A DNA stretch of 64,000 nt from Vicugna vicugna (GCA_013265495.1 MU062536.1:434001-498000), one strand, 5' to 3'. Numbered from the stretch's first letter, positions 10,300 to 23,345 are shown. Numbers and translations are program-made. The notes: generated by a model from the sequence alone, not told the origin.

Positions 10300-11528
10300 A
10301 CTAAATGCCTGCTTCTTCCCAGTCTCCTTTGCTGAATCCTCTTCTCGTCCCACCCTAAGAACCACTAAGGCGTGAATCCATTCTATCCTTTTTCTGTATT
10401 CACTCACTATGTGGCCTCACCCAATTCACTGACTTCAAATAGCAGCTAAATGTGTGCCTTGACCTCTCACTTAAAATCCATACTTACATACCACATGCCC
10501 ACACAATACTCCCGTACAGCTAAGGGATATTTTCAACTTAACATATCCATAACTGACTTTCAGATCTTCCTGCTCGGATCTGCTCCACATGCCTTGTGAG
10601 GAAAGCTACATGAAGGTATCCATGGGAAGGGACCAGTGGAGGAGAACCAAGCCCCACCCCCACCAAGCTCTCAGCCTTAGCCAACTGTCAGACCTCGAAG
10701 GGTGGCCTTGCAAAACCAGCCAGGCCCCAGCTGACTGTCAACCCACCACCTAAGTATGAGTGAGCTCAGCAACCACCCTGGAGCAGAGTCAAGAGGTCCA
10801 GCTGAGCTCAAGTGGCCAACACACAGAACTCTGAGCAAACTAGTGGTGGTTGTTTTACTGCTGGTTACTAAGTATTCTGATAGTTTTCTGAAATAGCAAT
10901 AAATACTTGATATACTCGGAGACATAAGGTTTATAAGTCACTCATCTAGTCAAAGGCTTTTGGTGTCTTCTCACCACGATTAAAACAAAATCTAAAGTCT
11001 GTGCCATGACTGTAGTTTCCTAGACCTTTACATGTGGTGTCTGGCTCTCACCTTACCTCTTACTACCTTCCATCACCCACCAGGCCCCAGTCATCCAGGC
11101 CTCCGTGTGGTTCCACAAAAGAAGCAAGGCACCTTCCACCTCAGACCTTGTCCACAGCTCTTCTCTCCCCTTGGTGAGAAGAATTCTCTTTTGCTAAATA
11201 TGAGTCTCGTTTACTTCTGCACCACACCTATGTCTTTGTTAAGATATCACCTCCTTGGAGAGGTCTTTCCTGATCACCCCATCTAAACCAAAACAAGAAC
11301 AAAAAGCAAAAAAGCCCTGGCACTCTGTCCTCTTACTCTGCTTTACTTTTCTTTGTCACATGTATCCTTACCTGCTATCAGGTGAGATTATATGTGGTTG
11401 CTTAGTGTTTATTATTTACCTCCCCCAAGAGAATCTGGGCTCAATAAGAGAGAAAATATGTTTACTGTTATTTTCTCAGCATCTAGAGCAGCGCCTGGCA
11501 TGTGCTGACTGACTGTGTGAAGGAATGG
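10300..11528 (+). mobile_element. L2 3' region split by an MLT1 insertion
   Basis: ttttcaacttaacatatccataactgact; aaaatctaaagtc; gatatcacctccttggagaggtctttcctgatcacc; ends cagcatctagagcagcgcctggcatgtg...gaaggaatgga. Confidence 0.75.
10585..10914 (+). mobile_element. MLT1 (H/I/J-type) LTR 3' part
   Basis: ccccagctgactg...atgagtgagctcagc...ccagctgagctcaag...cacagaactctgagcaaac...ggttgtttt...aatagcaataaatacttgata. Confidence 0.7.
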
Positions 11529-11622
11529 ATTGTGTGGCTTGGCTGGAAAACAGGAGTGCTGGGAAACAGGCCTTAAATAGGTAGGAAGATAGCAAGTGTG
11601 ATACTGAGAAAGGTCCTGGACA

Positions 11623-12076
11623 TTGTTGGCGGTCTGCCCTTCCTCCTCCCGGTTCTGTGCACCCGTGCCCTAGCCTGCATGCTTTGGCTTGCACCTGAAA
11701 CCTTTTTTCTGAGATGTCTCTTGGGTTCTGTTAGGGACTTTGACTGTACAGGACAAGGGCCAGAAATACCGGGAGTTTGTCGCTCCCAGGATGTCACATA
11801 GCCAATGACTGACCAGGAATATAAAGCCAGCCCATCTCCCCTGCCTCAAGATAGAATAAACTTTGAGGTGTAATGTATACTTCAGAGCTCCTGTGACATC
11901 CAGTTGACGTTGAGATGTCACCTGAACTCATCCATGCCTTTGCTTGGATCTTCCCCTGTCCATGTCCCGTTTCCTACACTTCATGGCCAATTTCTCCAGG
12001 GAGCATTTCCTTAGGTAATCGCCTGCACACGAAACCTCTTCCCACAGTCTGCTTCTAGGAAACTCAAGCTAAGGAA
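11623..12076 (+). mobile_element. ERVL solo LTR, LTR33-like
   Basis: agccaatgactgac...ataaagccagcccatctcccctgcctcaag...ggatcttcccctgtcc...ggagcatttcctt...agtctgcttctaggaaactcaagctaag. Confidence 0.7.
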
Positions 12077-12119
12077 AGCATTTTATGAACAATGGAAAGT
12101 CATTTATGGAAAAATATTA

Positions 12120-12235
12120 ATGGCAAGTATTTAATTAGTGCTCAGTGCTTAGTCCTATGCTTTTACATATTTTATCTCTTTTAATCCTCACAATCCTATT
12201 ATTATGCCATTTTAGTGTAAAAAGTTTTGTGTTTA
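12120..12235 (-). mobile_element. MIR fragment
   Basis: gtgcttagtcctatgcttttacatatttatctcttttaatcctcacaatcctattattatgccattttag. Confidence 0.6.
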
Positions 12236-12259
12236 AGAAGTTTATTCAAGCAGCAGTAT

Positions 12260-12380
12260 CTATAATAATAAGCTGGAGGCAGAGAGGCCAGTGAGGAGGT
12301 TACTGCAGTCGTGTAGGCAAGAGATAAGGAGGATTTGAATTTTGTCATCAGCAATAGGAATAGGAAGGCAGCCATCAGAC
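12260..12380 (-). mobile_element. L2 fragment
   Basis: ctggaggcagagaggccagtgaggaggttactgcagtcgtgtaggcaagagataag. Confidence 0.65.
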
Positions 12381-12629
12381 TCTAAGGAAACAGAATTTGG
12401 GATTGGCCTGCCCATAAGTAGAGAGCCCCTCAAATTCTCTTCCCCTTAGTTTTCTCAATTGTAAAGCAACGACTCTGAGGGGAAAAAGTTATCTCAAGAG
12501 TTCTTTCCCTTTAGGAAATCTGGAAAGATATGGGGCATGAAGTCCTTGAAAGTGAACTGAAATTTCCTCTGACCCCTCACAGCAAGGCACAGGGGAGACA
12601 ATATGGGTTGTAGGACTGGTCACATTCAG

Positions 12630-12805
12630 TGAAGAGTCATGTTTGGATTTTTTTTCCCAGCTATTTGACTCTAGATAACTTAAACTTGTTAAGATTCAGC
12701 ATTCCTTACCTGCAAAATGGGAATAATGTGTACCTTACAGGTAAGGCTTAGAATTCTCTGTACAATACTCACAAGGTGCCTGGCACACAAGGAGCACTCG
12801 GTCAT
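12630..12805 (+). mobile_element. MIR fragment
   Basis: ttccttacctgcaaaatgggaataat...aaggtgcctggcacacaaggagcactc. Confidence 0.65.
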
Positions 12806-13224
12806 TTGTAGCTTTTTCTCATCCTCATTTCATTAAATCTAATTTCCTCCAGCTCAAAAAGTTTTAATAAAAGTCCTCATTATATTTTGATCTTTTGTTT
12901 TATTAGAAGAATTAGAACAAATCTCTTTCCCCAAATTTTACTGTAAAATAAAATGTATAAATTATATTATGAATTAAACAGGATTTTGTATGCTGGCCTG
13001 GGAGACACACTATCATTTTTTAAAACTGCATCGATCGACATGCTATAAATTTACTGATGGGATCAAAGATCCATAAATATACTTTCATGAAGGAAAATGC
13101 TGCATGAGACAGTTTTCATGAGGTTCTGATGAAATGTTGCTTACTTACAAAAACAAGGATGAAGTGAAAAAAAAAGATAAGAAGTACAGGAAAGAAAATG
13201 AGAGAGTAAACTCTCAACCAGGAA

Positions 13225-13918
13225 AATTACAATATTGAGTCTTCTAACTCTAGAACATGGTATAGCTATTTATTAAGTCTTTAATTTCTCTCAGCAATGT
13301 TTTGAGGTTTTCAGTGTAAAGGATTTGCATACCTTACATTAGGTTTATTTGTAACAGTTAAATACTTTCTGATGCTGTTGTAAATGGTATTTTTTAAAAT
13401 TTCATTATCTAATGTTTGGTTAGTCTAAAAAATTATCATAGATTTCTGTATATTAACCTTGATTCTAGAAAACTTTACTAAATTAACTTATTAACTGCAA
13501 TAGTTTGTATAATCTTAGGATTTTATATGTACACAATCATGTTAACCAAAATCACAGTTTTATTTCTTTCTTTGTAACTTTTATTTCTTTTTTGTCTTAT
13601 TGCACTAAGATGTTTAGTACAAAGTTAAGTATAACTTACAATGGTGGGCATACTTATTCTGTACCCAAATTCAGGGAGAAAGTATTCAGTATTTTACTAT
13701 CAAGTATGATATTAACTATAGCTTTTTGAATTTGATAGTGTTTATCATATTAAAGAAATTTCCTTATATTTCTAGTTGGTTGAGATTTTTAAAACTATGA
13801 CTGGGTATTGGATTCTATCAAATACATTTTCTGCATATATTGAGATGATCATACTATTTTTTCCCTTTTAGTTAATGTGTTGAATTACACTAATTAATTT
13901 TAGAATGCAAAATCAATT
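13225..13918 (-). mobile_element. Old L1 (L1ME-type) ORF2 fragment
   Basis: taatttctctcagcaatgttttgaggttttcagtgta; gatttctgtatattaaccttg; ttctagttggttgagatttt; ttttctgcatatattgagatgatcata. Confidence 0.85.
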
Positions 13919-14519
13919 TAAGAGTGACCTGACTACAAGAAATTTTTCCTTGGGCACTAATATTTGAATCCAACTCTTAAAGAAGGTGCATTTCAAGATA
14001 TCATTAGAGTAGTTTTTTCATAATGTCAATTTAAAAATAAATGTAAAATATATTCAGGTGGCAGATGCTTTAAATTATCTCACGTAGCTTAGCTTTGTCA
14101 AAAAAACACATACACAGAATTATGCATGGCTTGTCTTTTCCATTTTGTCTTTTTTCGACTAAAAAGTCATCAAGGGGGAACAGCCATCCATAAGGAATGT
14201 GGAGCAGGGACAGAAGGAGCCCAGTTCTTTAGTGGCATAGATGAGTTTGCTGTCTAGTCCTCATATGCCTGACCTTAAACTTCAAGTTATGTGCGATAAA
14301 TCTACTTCTTTACCATTGAGCTTCAATTATTTAACGCCAAACTCTAAACTAGCTGGAAGAGATCATATTTATATAAAGTGAATTCAAACTGGGCATAAGA
14401 AAAAGTGATGGAGAGAAAATACATTAAAAAGTTATCAAGTAGTTATCCCTGGCTTGCAAAAATATGGTTGATGCCTTTTCCTCTGAATTCATTATAATTC
14501 AGAAATAAAAGGCCTCACC

Positions 14520-14948
14520 TGTCTTTTGGCCCAGCCATGTCATGCATGCAAATTCTGAGAGTGCTTTACCTCAGATCATTACACCATTATCATAAGCCTT
14601 TCATTCTCTGTCCTGGGAACCAAGCATGCAAAGTGTTACACTCTTGGGTGAATCTTGAACCCATAAGAGAAGGAAGCCATTTGACAAATGATTCCCCCTT
14701 TTCTCCCCTGATGGATTGTCCTGAGACAGCATCTGTGGCTCCTTGGAGAACTTTGCTGTGGGATTAAGCGATCTGTCGCACTTGGGAGTGGTCAACTAGA
14801 TAAGGCATCATCATTGTGTCTTCCCTCCTTTTCTGTTTCACTGCCTCGTCCCTCACTCCTGCTCCCTAGGATTACAGTCTCCAATAAAGTAGCAGCACAC
14901 AAGGCCTCTGCTTCAGTCTCCACTTTGAGGGAAACCCAAGCTAAAACA
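14520..14948 (+). mobile_element. ERVL solo LTR, LTR16-like
   Basis: ccctcactcctgctccctaggattacagtctccaataaagtagcagcacacaaggcctctgcttcagtctccactttgagggaaacccaagctaaaaca 3' end. The 5' boundary is uncertain. Confidence 0.65.
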
Positions 14949-15942
14949 ACATATTTCTGTCTTCTGTGTTTGTAATCATTCACAGATATCACCAAGTCAA
15001 GTGATGATCTGGAAAATCTATTTTGCTATTAATTTTCAAAAAAATCCCCTCACACAATCTTTTTATTTTAAATATCAAACATCTCTTCCCATCCTTTAAA
15101 CTAGTCATGTCTATTCAGAAAGGAACAAAAAAAAAATCCCTATACTTAATTAGAGAATACACCCTTTAAAAACATGCAGTCCTTTTACATTTCTTCAGGA
15201 ATTATTTGGGTCATATTTTCATTTGAAAAGCCTGGGTGCACCAAGAAGCTTAGGTAATAAAGTCTAACTGGTTACAAAACTTCCCTTTCTAGCTTGTAAG
15301 ATTAGATGTTTTTCTTGCCATTTCTTCTCTTATCAATTGCGTTATGAGATCTACGTGACAAATTTTAAATGTTTAATACTCATCACATCCAATAAATACA
15401 TAATTTATCTTTTAAATAAAATATTTAGATTGTTATACTTTGAATTCTTCTAATTGAAATCAATCTATGAATAAAATATTTGTTACAGAGCAATACGTTT
15501 TAAAAATTATTTTTAAGTTGCATACATGATAGGATTTATAGACCTGAAAAAAGTGTGAAAAAATATGCTTAAAAATATACTTTAAAAACTGTGCTCCTTC
15601 ATATTGATTTGGAAGAGTGACCCTCAGTTATGTGAGAGGTTTTCAGATGAGCAATAACCAAAGCAGTAAATGATAGCAAATAATTTCACTAGAGGTAAGC
15701 CTTAAATAATATAAATAAAAAGCTTGGTTGAAATGGATATTTTTGCTTCAAATATTTTGCTTTAATATTTCGCAGTCTTTCATTGAGTCTTTACTGAGTC
15801 TGAATTTTACCTATTTGCTTATTTTAGTTAAAAATGTTATTATCTTATTAAGATGAAAAGCCAAGCAGGAAGAATAATACTTTAAATCATAACATTTATA
15901 TATCACTGTAACAAAATATCACCATAAAGTCAACAAGCCTAT

Positions 15943-16155
15943 CGAACATTTATTAATGCATTTTATGTGCCAGGACTGAATACTTTATATGAATTAATTC
16001 ATTTGTTTCTCATCACGGTCTTACAAAACAGTTGTAATTATTTTTCCCATTTTATAGGTAAAGAAAATAAGGTCAAGAACATCGTAGTAAAGTGCCCAAA
16101 AGTCACATGGTTAAGAAATAACAGAATTGAAATTTGTACTCAAGAAATCTGACTT
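15943..16155 (-). mobile_element. MIR (near full length)
   Basis: aacatttattaatgcattttatgtgccagg...cccattttataggtaaagaaaataaggtca...gtgcccaaaagtcacatgg...aaatctgact. Confidence 0.8.
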
Positions 16156-19100
16156 TATGCTAAAAATTAGTAAGATTTTTAAAATAATGAATTGCTGAGT
16201 GTATTCATTCTTTCCCAGTAGCAATCGATGTGACATGCTTCAATGGTTTCTCAAATGCCAGGGACATCATCTGGATATCCCTGTTTAACAGGTAGAGAAT
16301 CCACATTACCTTTCAGGTGATAAACTCAACCCCTAGGTTATGGAAATTTTCTAATAGAGAAACTTGAAAGCACCAGGCAAGGGTTCTAAAGACAAGAACA
16401 CCATCTTGGTTTTCAGAGTAGACACATTTTCAGGCCACAGATTTGTTCCAAAACGTTTCTATTACTCAAAATGTTTTGTAAACCTCTTTGGGAACTACCT
16501 TTAGGACTAGTTTCTAAGCTGCAAGATAAACTCATAACTATTCTTTTTTTTTCCCACTTAAATCAGAAGGATACCACAACGCTTCAACGTCTATCTAGTC
16601 TATAAGGCTTCACCGCAAAATAAATTCTGTTCTCGAGAATAAAATCGTACCACCACTAAAGATAATTAAAAGAATGTATGATAAGTCCTAGGAACTCCAA
16701 ACTATTTTAAGGAAAATTGGTGGCTACTGAGGTGAAATAAAACTACTGTTTTGGGATTCATAAGATATCTGATGATATTTTAAAATATACACATATTTTT
16801 TTGCAGTTAACCCTTGACTGCGTTAGAGTGAGTAAATTTTGAGATCCATTCAGTGTAGAGCTGAAAGACTGGGAGAAGTGAGAGCTCGAGGAGAGGACCC
16901 AGGGTAGGTGTTTGGTGAAGTATGTTTAGCCTGATGCATAGCGTCCTGAGGGTTATTTAGGAATTATCAGGTGGGTTCTGTGATAATTTTCCCTCCTGGC
17001 TTGTTTCAAAAGGTGATTCATGGGCTGTTATCTGCTCCACAGTATGGTTTCTGTCACAGAGATATTTTTAGTCAACGGAGAAGTCTCACCTGGATGCAGT
17101 GTTCATTAATAGTCTTTGGACAAGGTAAAGAAATTAGGCCTAACTAACATTTAGCTGCTCTCTAAGAAGTAATATTTTCTATATACATTTTTATTCCTAT
17201 ATGTACCGGCCCCTTACCCATCCTTGTAAGATGTGGAGGCGGGAAGGCATCATCCCAGGGAAGGGCAGGGAAGGAAAATTAGAGCTGGCAAGGCAAAAGA
17301 CTTAAATTGTGTGATTGCTGCACCGTTCTTAACATAATAACTGTTTACTTGAGAAGACTGTACTTCATCACAATGTCTAGTTTAGTCAAAGCAGTTTGTG
17401 CAACAATTTCCTACATTCTCCCACATTTCTCAGAACATACAGTTCCAGATTACTGAAATTGCATTCGGGAACGCAGTTTTGTGCAAACGATTTCACTAGT
17501 CAATTGCTATCATCAACCACTGAAGCAACGATAATGTTAATCTTTTCCCTATATTGTACACCATTTCCTAGCATTCTGTTTACATTAATACATTTTAGAA
17601 CATTTGAGCACTACTATGTATTGCGGGGTTTTGTGGCTATCGGGTCATCAGTGACAAACATTCCTTAATTACCTACCCACCTTAAAGTTTGAAATGTAAA
17701 ACGAACTGAGTCATTTGAGTATATAAAGTAGAAGATGCTTCTATAGATTGGACACAACTTAAAGCTTCTCCTTAAGAAATGCTCACAGCTTCTGAATGAG
17801 TAACAAATGTTTTTTTCCTTTGTTTTGCATAATAGAAATAATGTGTGAAATTAAAGTGAGCGCTTTCTCAAAACAAAAACTGAACACATATAAATCTGCT
17901 GTACACATTTCAGCTTTAGCCTTTGTGCTTTTAACATTTTCCTTTCCTATTTGACTGTGCATAATAAACAGCGAGAAACGTACAAAGCCATTAATTATCT
18001 CTAAACAAGGACATTCCTTAATGTTGATACTTGAGTTGTTTCACTGTTTCAAGAGAGAAGTTTGAACTTTGCTATAGAAATGGGTAATTATTTACAATTT
18101 TTTACTCATGCTGTTATTTTTTTTCTTTCTTAAAGTCTGTTAGTGGGGTTTTAGGCCATCCTCAAATGCAGATCTGAGGTACTTGACAAGAAACAGAGAC
18201 ATGAACTGTATATTTTGTTGACTATAGAGAATTTTCTCTTCCTTGGTTTGATTGATCATACGGGAAAAATGATCTGCATGAACAGACTATAGTTTCATTA
18301 CATTTTTGTACTGTATTAAAAACAGCCAGCTTAAAGGGGAAAAATAGCCCTTAAAAGTTACTTATTTCATACAAAAAGCTACAGAATAAAATATATATCA
18401 TATACAAATAGTTTAATGTAATCACTGAAACACTGTATGGTTCAGAACGTAAATATGGACAAAGTCAGGTTGACGTTCAAGTTGCACTGTTGAAATATCC
18501 TAATTTTGCAGCAAATTAGGATGTGAATAATCTTAAATGGATTTGTATTCATTTATGGAGTTTCTAATGACACTAACTCTCTACAGTCCTTCTGGAGTAC
18601 TGTATGTGTTTAATTCCCTTATATAGTCCTAAAATATGAGGGGCACAATGTTCTCTGTATTATCTTCTGTTTTCCTGGTAAAATAAGTTCCATTAACTAT
18701 TGTTTTAATAATGAAGCTAAACGGATAATGTCCTAACTATGGAATTTTATCCAAAACCTATCAGTGGTGGAAAGTATTTACAGCACACATTTTAATGAAG
18801 TAAGAAAACATTCCTCACTGGCATAGACACTCAGATTAGCTAGAGTGTGCAGTATAACTTGGCCTGGCAGTCAGTTCACATAAAAAGGACATTTGAGGAA
18901 CAACTGGAAGGGCGATACATTCTTCAAGAGGCCTACCTACCATTTCAACATTCAACTTGGCATAGGGGAAATAGAATGACACCCCAAGTCATTCTAAATG
19001 CTAAAGAAGTTCAAGTCAGTTTCTATACATACTCTAATACAAAGATAAACTACAAACACTTTAGCTTTTACATGCTAATATAGGATTACTCTGATCACAC

Positions 19101-20524
19101 ACACTATACACTTTCTGGCATACTGTCATTATTGATCACAACACGGCCTCTTGTTTTTTGCCCTCTTGTTGTCCATCCTACTCTTTCAACCATTTCTTAG
19201 GCACAAGTCTTGCACACTCAATATGCACCCTTTCTATTCACTTTCCAATTTTAATTGACATAAACTGCATCCATTAACAACATATAGTATAGTTCTGACA
19301 AATGGACAGTAAAATGATATTTGACTCGACATATCCTTATGCACCCTACTTCAATTATTAAATGCTGTGTTTCTGAGATGCATCTATATTGACATACATC
19401 AGACCACCTGGGAGTGAAATGACTTGATATTGGCTCACACAAACAGTTGTGTAAGTTTATTTATTTGTGTACATGTGCCCCAACTGGACAGAAAACCAAT
19501 TAAGGAGTCAAAAAAAATCAGCCAGACTAGTTTTTGGTATTGAGGGATGATAATCAAAGGCTGATTAATTCACCCAGAAACAATCAATCTATTTAGGTCA
19601 AACAACTAGTTGATGGAATTTCTGTCTCAAGTAAATGGTTGGTAAGACCTTTACGAAGGGCTTAGAGCTTTGTTCCATCTTTGCTGCCCAGTAAAAAGTA
19701 CGTTAGAATATGACTTGATATTTAACTGGAAGTCATTAGTCTTCTTAGAATCCACTTGCCAAGCTCTTAGTATTTTTATTAATATTTATAACATTGATAT
19801 TTCAAGGATAACATTTTAAATCAACAAAAGGACAGAGACCTTGATGCTGCATTGTGTCGCACTAAGCAACGCAGGTGTCGGTGATTCAAGTCTCTAATTA
19901 GCATAATGTCAATATGCAGTCTGTCCCATCCAGTGACTCTTAGCTTTTAGAAATCCCACTTTCTGTAAATTTACATCTTCCAATGCTAAGGGTTTCCTTA
20001 TAGTGAAAACAATAAATCCGTTCTTTACATAAGAAGTAAGTACTTCACTTCTAAATACTCGTCTGAGAAAAAAGACTCATGCAGCTTCCTTTTATAAGCA
20101 TTGGGTGGCATTTAAATGAATCATAGTCAGACATTTTATAAAAATAATGGATATAAGTAGTAAACAAATTTTTAATTAATTTAAACAAACAAGGTACCAG
20201 TGATTAATAACAGTTAATTTCAATTTAATGTTTTGGTAACTGGTATCCATGAGACGGATTTGTTTAGTTGCTTGGTCATGAGTACCTGGAAGCCTTGCTT
20301 TTCCTGATGAAAAGCCTAAGGTATCCAGTCTTCAGGAGCATTGGGATCATATACAGTCATCTAGGGGATTTTCAAATCACATCTATTTCCTACATTTACT
20401 TTGGAAGATATATTCTCTTGCATTTGACAAAGAAATGGGTATCATGGGTATATTTTTAAGTATCTACAATATGTAATAGGCCAAACTCTAAATCTAGGTA
20501 ATACACTGTAAATAAGAAATTCTT

Positions 20525-20640
20525 AGGCCTATTTTACCCATGAAGAAACAGAACCAGGGAAGAGAGTAACTTGTTTCAGTTCCGACAAGGAGGCTCTGAA
20601 CCAGGGTTGAACTAAGGCCTTTGTGACTCCAGAGCTGATC
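20525..20640 (-). mobile_element. MIR fragment
   Basis: cctattttacccatgaagaaacagaaccagggaagagagtaacttg...tgtgactccagagct. Confidence 0.65.
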
Positions 20641-21326
20641 AGTTTCCCTTTGTATTCCTCAAATCCCACATTTGAGGAAACGGTTCCATCTACAACAAAC
20701 TAAGCCTTGACACACATCTGGAGCTTGGAAATCAGCCCTTGAAAGAAGGAAACAAGTCAACCTTCAATTTGCCCTCTGAAATTGGCCGGGTATCAAAATC
20801 ATCTTGTTGAAAAAGGATGTGGGGTAAGACTATAATTTCACTGCTGAGACTATGGGACTCTTGGGCAGGCAGCGGCAACAGGTCGTTTTAATGTACTGGT
20901 TCCTTAAGTTTTGCTCAGTTCAACTTTACATCAAACATTGAGTGAAACCTGGTTACTTGTATTTACTGACGGCTCAAACTCCCAAGTAGAGATCTCACTT
21001 TTTCTTTGGATGGGGCAGAAGCTATTCTGATTACCAACTGTTGTTATCAAAGCAGAACAATTTAGCATAAGTGTGTTAGCATAAGTTTATGCTGGCTGTA
21101 ATCTGTCACATGGTGACAACGCATTATAGGTAACATAGTAGTGAGCGGAATGTGTCTTTGAAAAAGGAGCCTCTTACTTAGACTGGGGAAAATCACATAA
21201 AACTGGGCAACCTTATGTGAGCATGGCAAGGGAAGCTTTTTGATTTACGACATTATGTTACACACTTGGGGGTATTTTAGGATAAAAAGGGGTATCAAAA
21301 ATTGAATTCCTTTTTCTTTATTACAG

Positions 21327-21353
21327 GTACAGCTAAAAGACAATATTCACTAG
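21327..21353 (+). other. Candidate 27-nt symmetric microexon
   Basis: ttcctttttctttattacag acceptor and moderate TAG|GTGGGA donor; open only in phase 1 ((G)TAKRQYSL). Confidence 0.2.
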
Positions 21354-21884
21354 GTGGGATCCTCAGAACCCATTTACAGGTGCTATACTTTCTGAAGATA
21401 AGGCAATTGTCTCAGATATGCATTCATCACAGGCCTACTGTAACTGATAGGCGCTGATGATGGCTTTTCTGAAAAACTACAAAATGTCAAATGGGAGCCG
21501 CCTCTACTTTACAAATACACGAGGCTCAAAATTCGAAGGAAAACATACATAAGGCAATGTTTATTATCTGTCCTCTCAATTACAAATGTTTAAGGTACTC
21601 ATGTAACCCACTGTTTATTTTTACAAATATATGCTGTTACGCAAAAAGTGACACCAAGACATACTGTCTATATATCTAATGCAAAAACTGGAAAAGTCAG
21701 TTAAAGGTACTTATGTTACCTATCTGTTTAGGTTTTTCAGCCTGAACAAAAACATTTCTCCGGCTATGAATTCACTGTGACAGCATTAGAAAGAGAATGG
21801 TACCTTGCTGAATTTTGAAATTTTACTGAGATCAAAAGTAAAAATATATTCTGTGCTCTATATTTTTATTACATTAATTTTATT

Positions 21885-22029
21885 TTAAAAATAACTACTA
21901 GAATTTTTTCTAATACGCAGATATAAAACACACACATAGATACAATGGCATGCCACAATCTATACATTCTAGTAGTTATTTTTAACTGTGTGTGTGTTTT
22001 ATATCTGTGTATTAGAAAAAATTCTAGTA
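21885..22029. repeat. Compound inverted repeat (41-bp arms with 1 mismatch plus an overlapping perfect 19-bp inverted pair)
   Basis: 21896-21936 is the reverse complement of 21989-22029 except one CG>TG change; 21885-21903 is the exact reverse complement of 21967-21985. Confidence 0.95.
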
Positions 22030-23199
22030 AATCTTATATTTAAAAAGAAAATCATGAAGAATGTAGTAATGGCAAAGCTTTCGAAATTCTTCAAATCCCC
22101 ATATCAGAATGAGCAGAGGAACTAGATAGTAAAACCAGAAAAACCCACTGACAACATTTATAAGAAAACATAGCTGAAAAAATTCTCTTTCTTGAGCTGG
22201 GTGGTAGTTATAAGGTTTTTACTTGAAATAAACCATTAAACTACACTTTTGTTTAGTGTGGTTTTCTGGATCTGTGTTTTATTTTATAACAAAGATTTAA
22301 AACAAAATAAAAATGTATTAATATCCAACTGATGTTTTATACTAATTTTATTTTAAAATAATTCATCTCACTGTAAAAAAATGATTGGATGAAGCACATA
22401 ATTACGTAAGGTATCTTTGTGAATTCCTAGTAATTTAAAGAAGTAACCTGTTGTTTTGTTAGATTATGACTCTCATACCTACAAGTTAGGAATGAAAAAC
22501 AGATTCAATTTAAAGCAGGCATTGACAAAATCAAATAACAGCTTAAAAAAAAATTTGTATCTACCGGAAGCTGACAATGTGGGAGGTGCAAGAATGACTG
22601 GAGATTTCACTGTGGTGGGGCTGCCATCTTGATCCTCAATACCAGAAACTAAGCTTCCACTTGCTCAGGCTGAGATGAGGGCAGATATGAATCATGCCAA
22701 AGAGGATGCTACTGTAGAAATCACTTCCAATCCTTCCGGTCACTTCACTGGGTAAAGTGTCACCATGAGCAGAAAGCCAATCCTCCATAATGATGATTTA
22801 CAATTGGAAAGTGGCTTTAGGACAGATTTACTGTTGCCCTATTCACACCACTCTGTTCTATCACCAAAAAACATTTTTCCTGTAAAAAGCAGTGTTAGGA
22901 AAGGACATATACATCAGAGCATGTTAATAAACCCCTTTCCTTATTTCCTTCAAGTAAAGTGAGCAGTTAGAAAAGAAAAAAGGGGAATTGCACACTCAGA
23001 GTGAATAAAATATTGAAGACATCCAAACCTTGTACAGGAGAGAATAAATATTTCAGCAAATACTCAAGTCACTAGACCTATTTATTATTTTGAAATCTCA
23101 AGGTACAGTGATAATTACAAGATTGACACATCTTCAGAGAGTGCAAATAAATATGCATTTTTTCTTGTTCTCAAGCCCAATGAGTCTACAAATACTAAA

Positions 23200-23345
23200 T
23201 AATAATAGCTCCCACATGTTGGTCACTTCCTACATGTCAGGCCATGTGCTAAGGGCTATACATAGGATTATCATTTAATCTTCCAAAAAAAAGTCTAGAA
23301 AACTAGAGCTTAGAAGAGTTAACTGAGTTGATCAAAGTTATATAG
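23200..23345 (-). mobile_element. MIR fragment
   Basis: cacttcctacatgtcaggccatgtgctaagggctatacataggattatcatttaatcttc...gagttgatcaaagttatatagct. Confidence 0.7.

Noticed and set aside
18497-18522. 10-bp perfect inverted repeat atcctaattt/aaattaggat (also AT-only hairpins at 3498-3533, 52642-52667 and 55436-55470)
   Set aside because: Arms this short and AT-rich are expected about once or more per window by chance.
20880-20930. Minus-strand KLKEPVH resembling a retroviral RT peptide
   Set aside because: It is a 7-residue match ending in a stop with no flanking homology.
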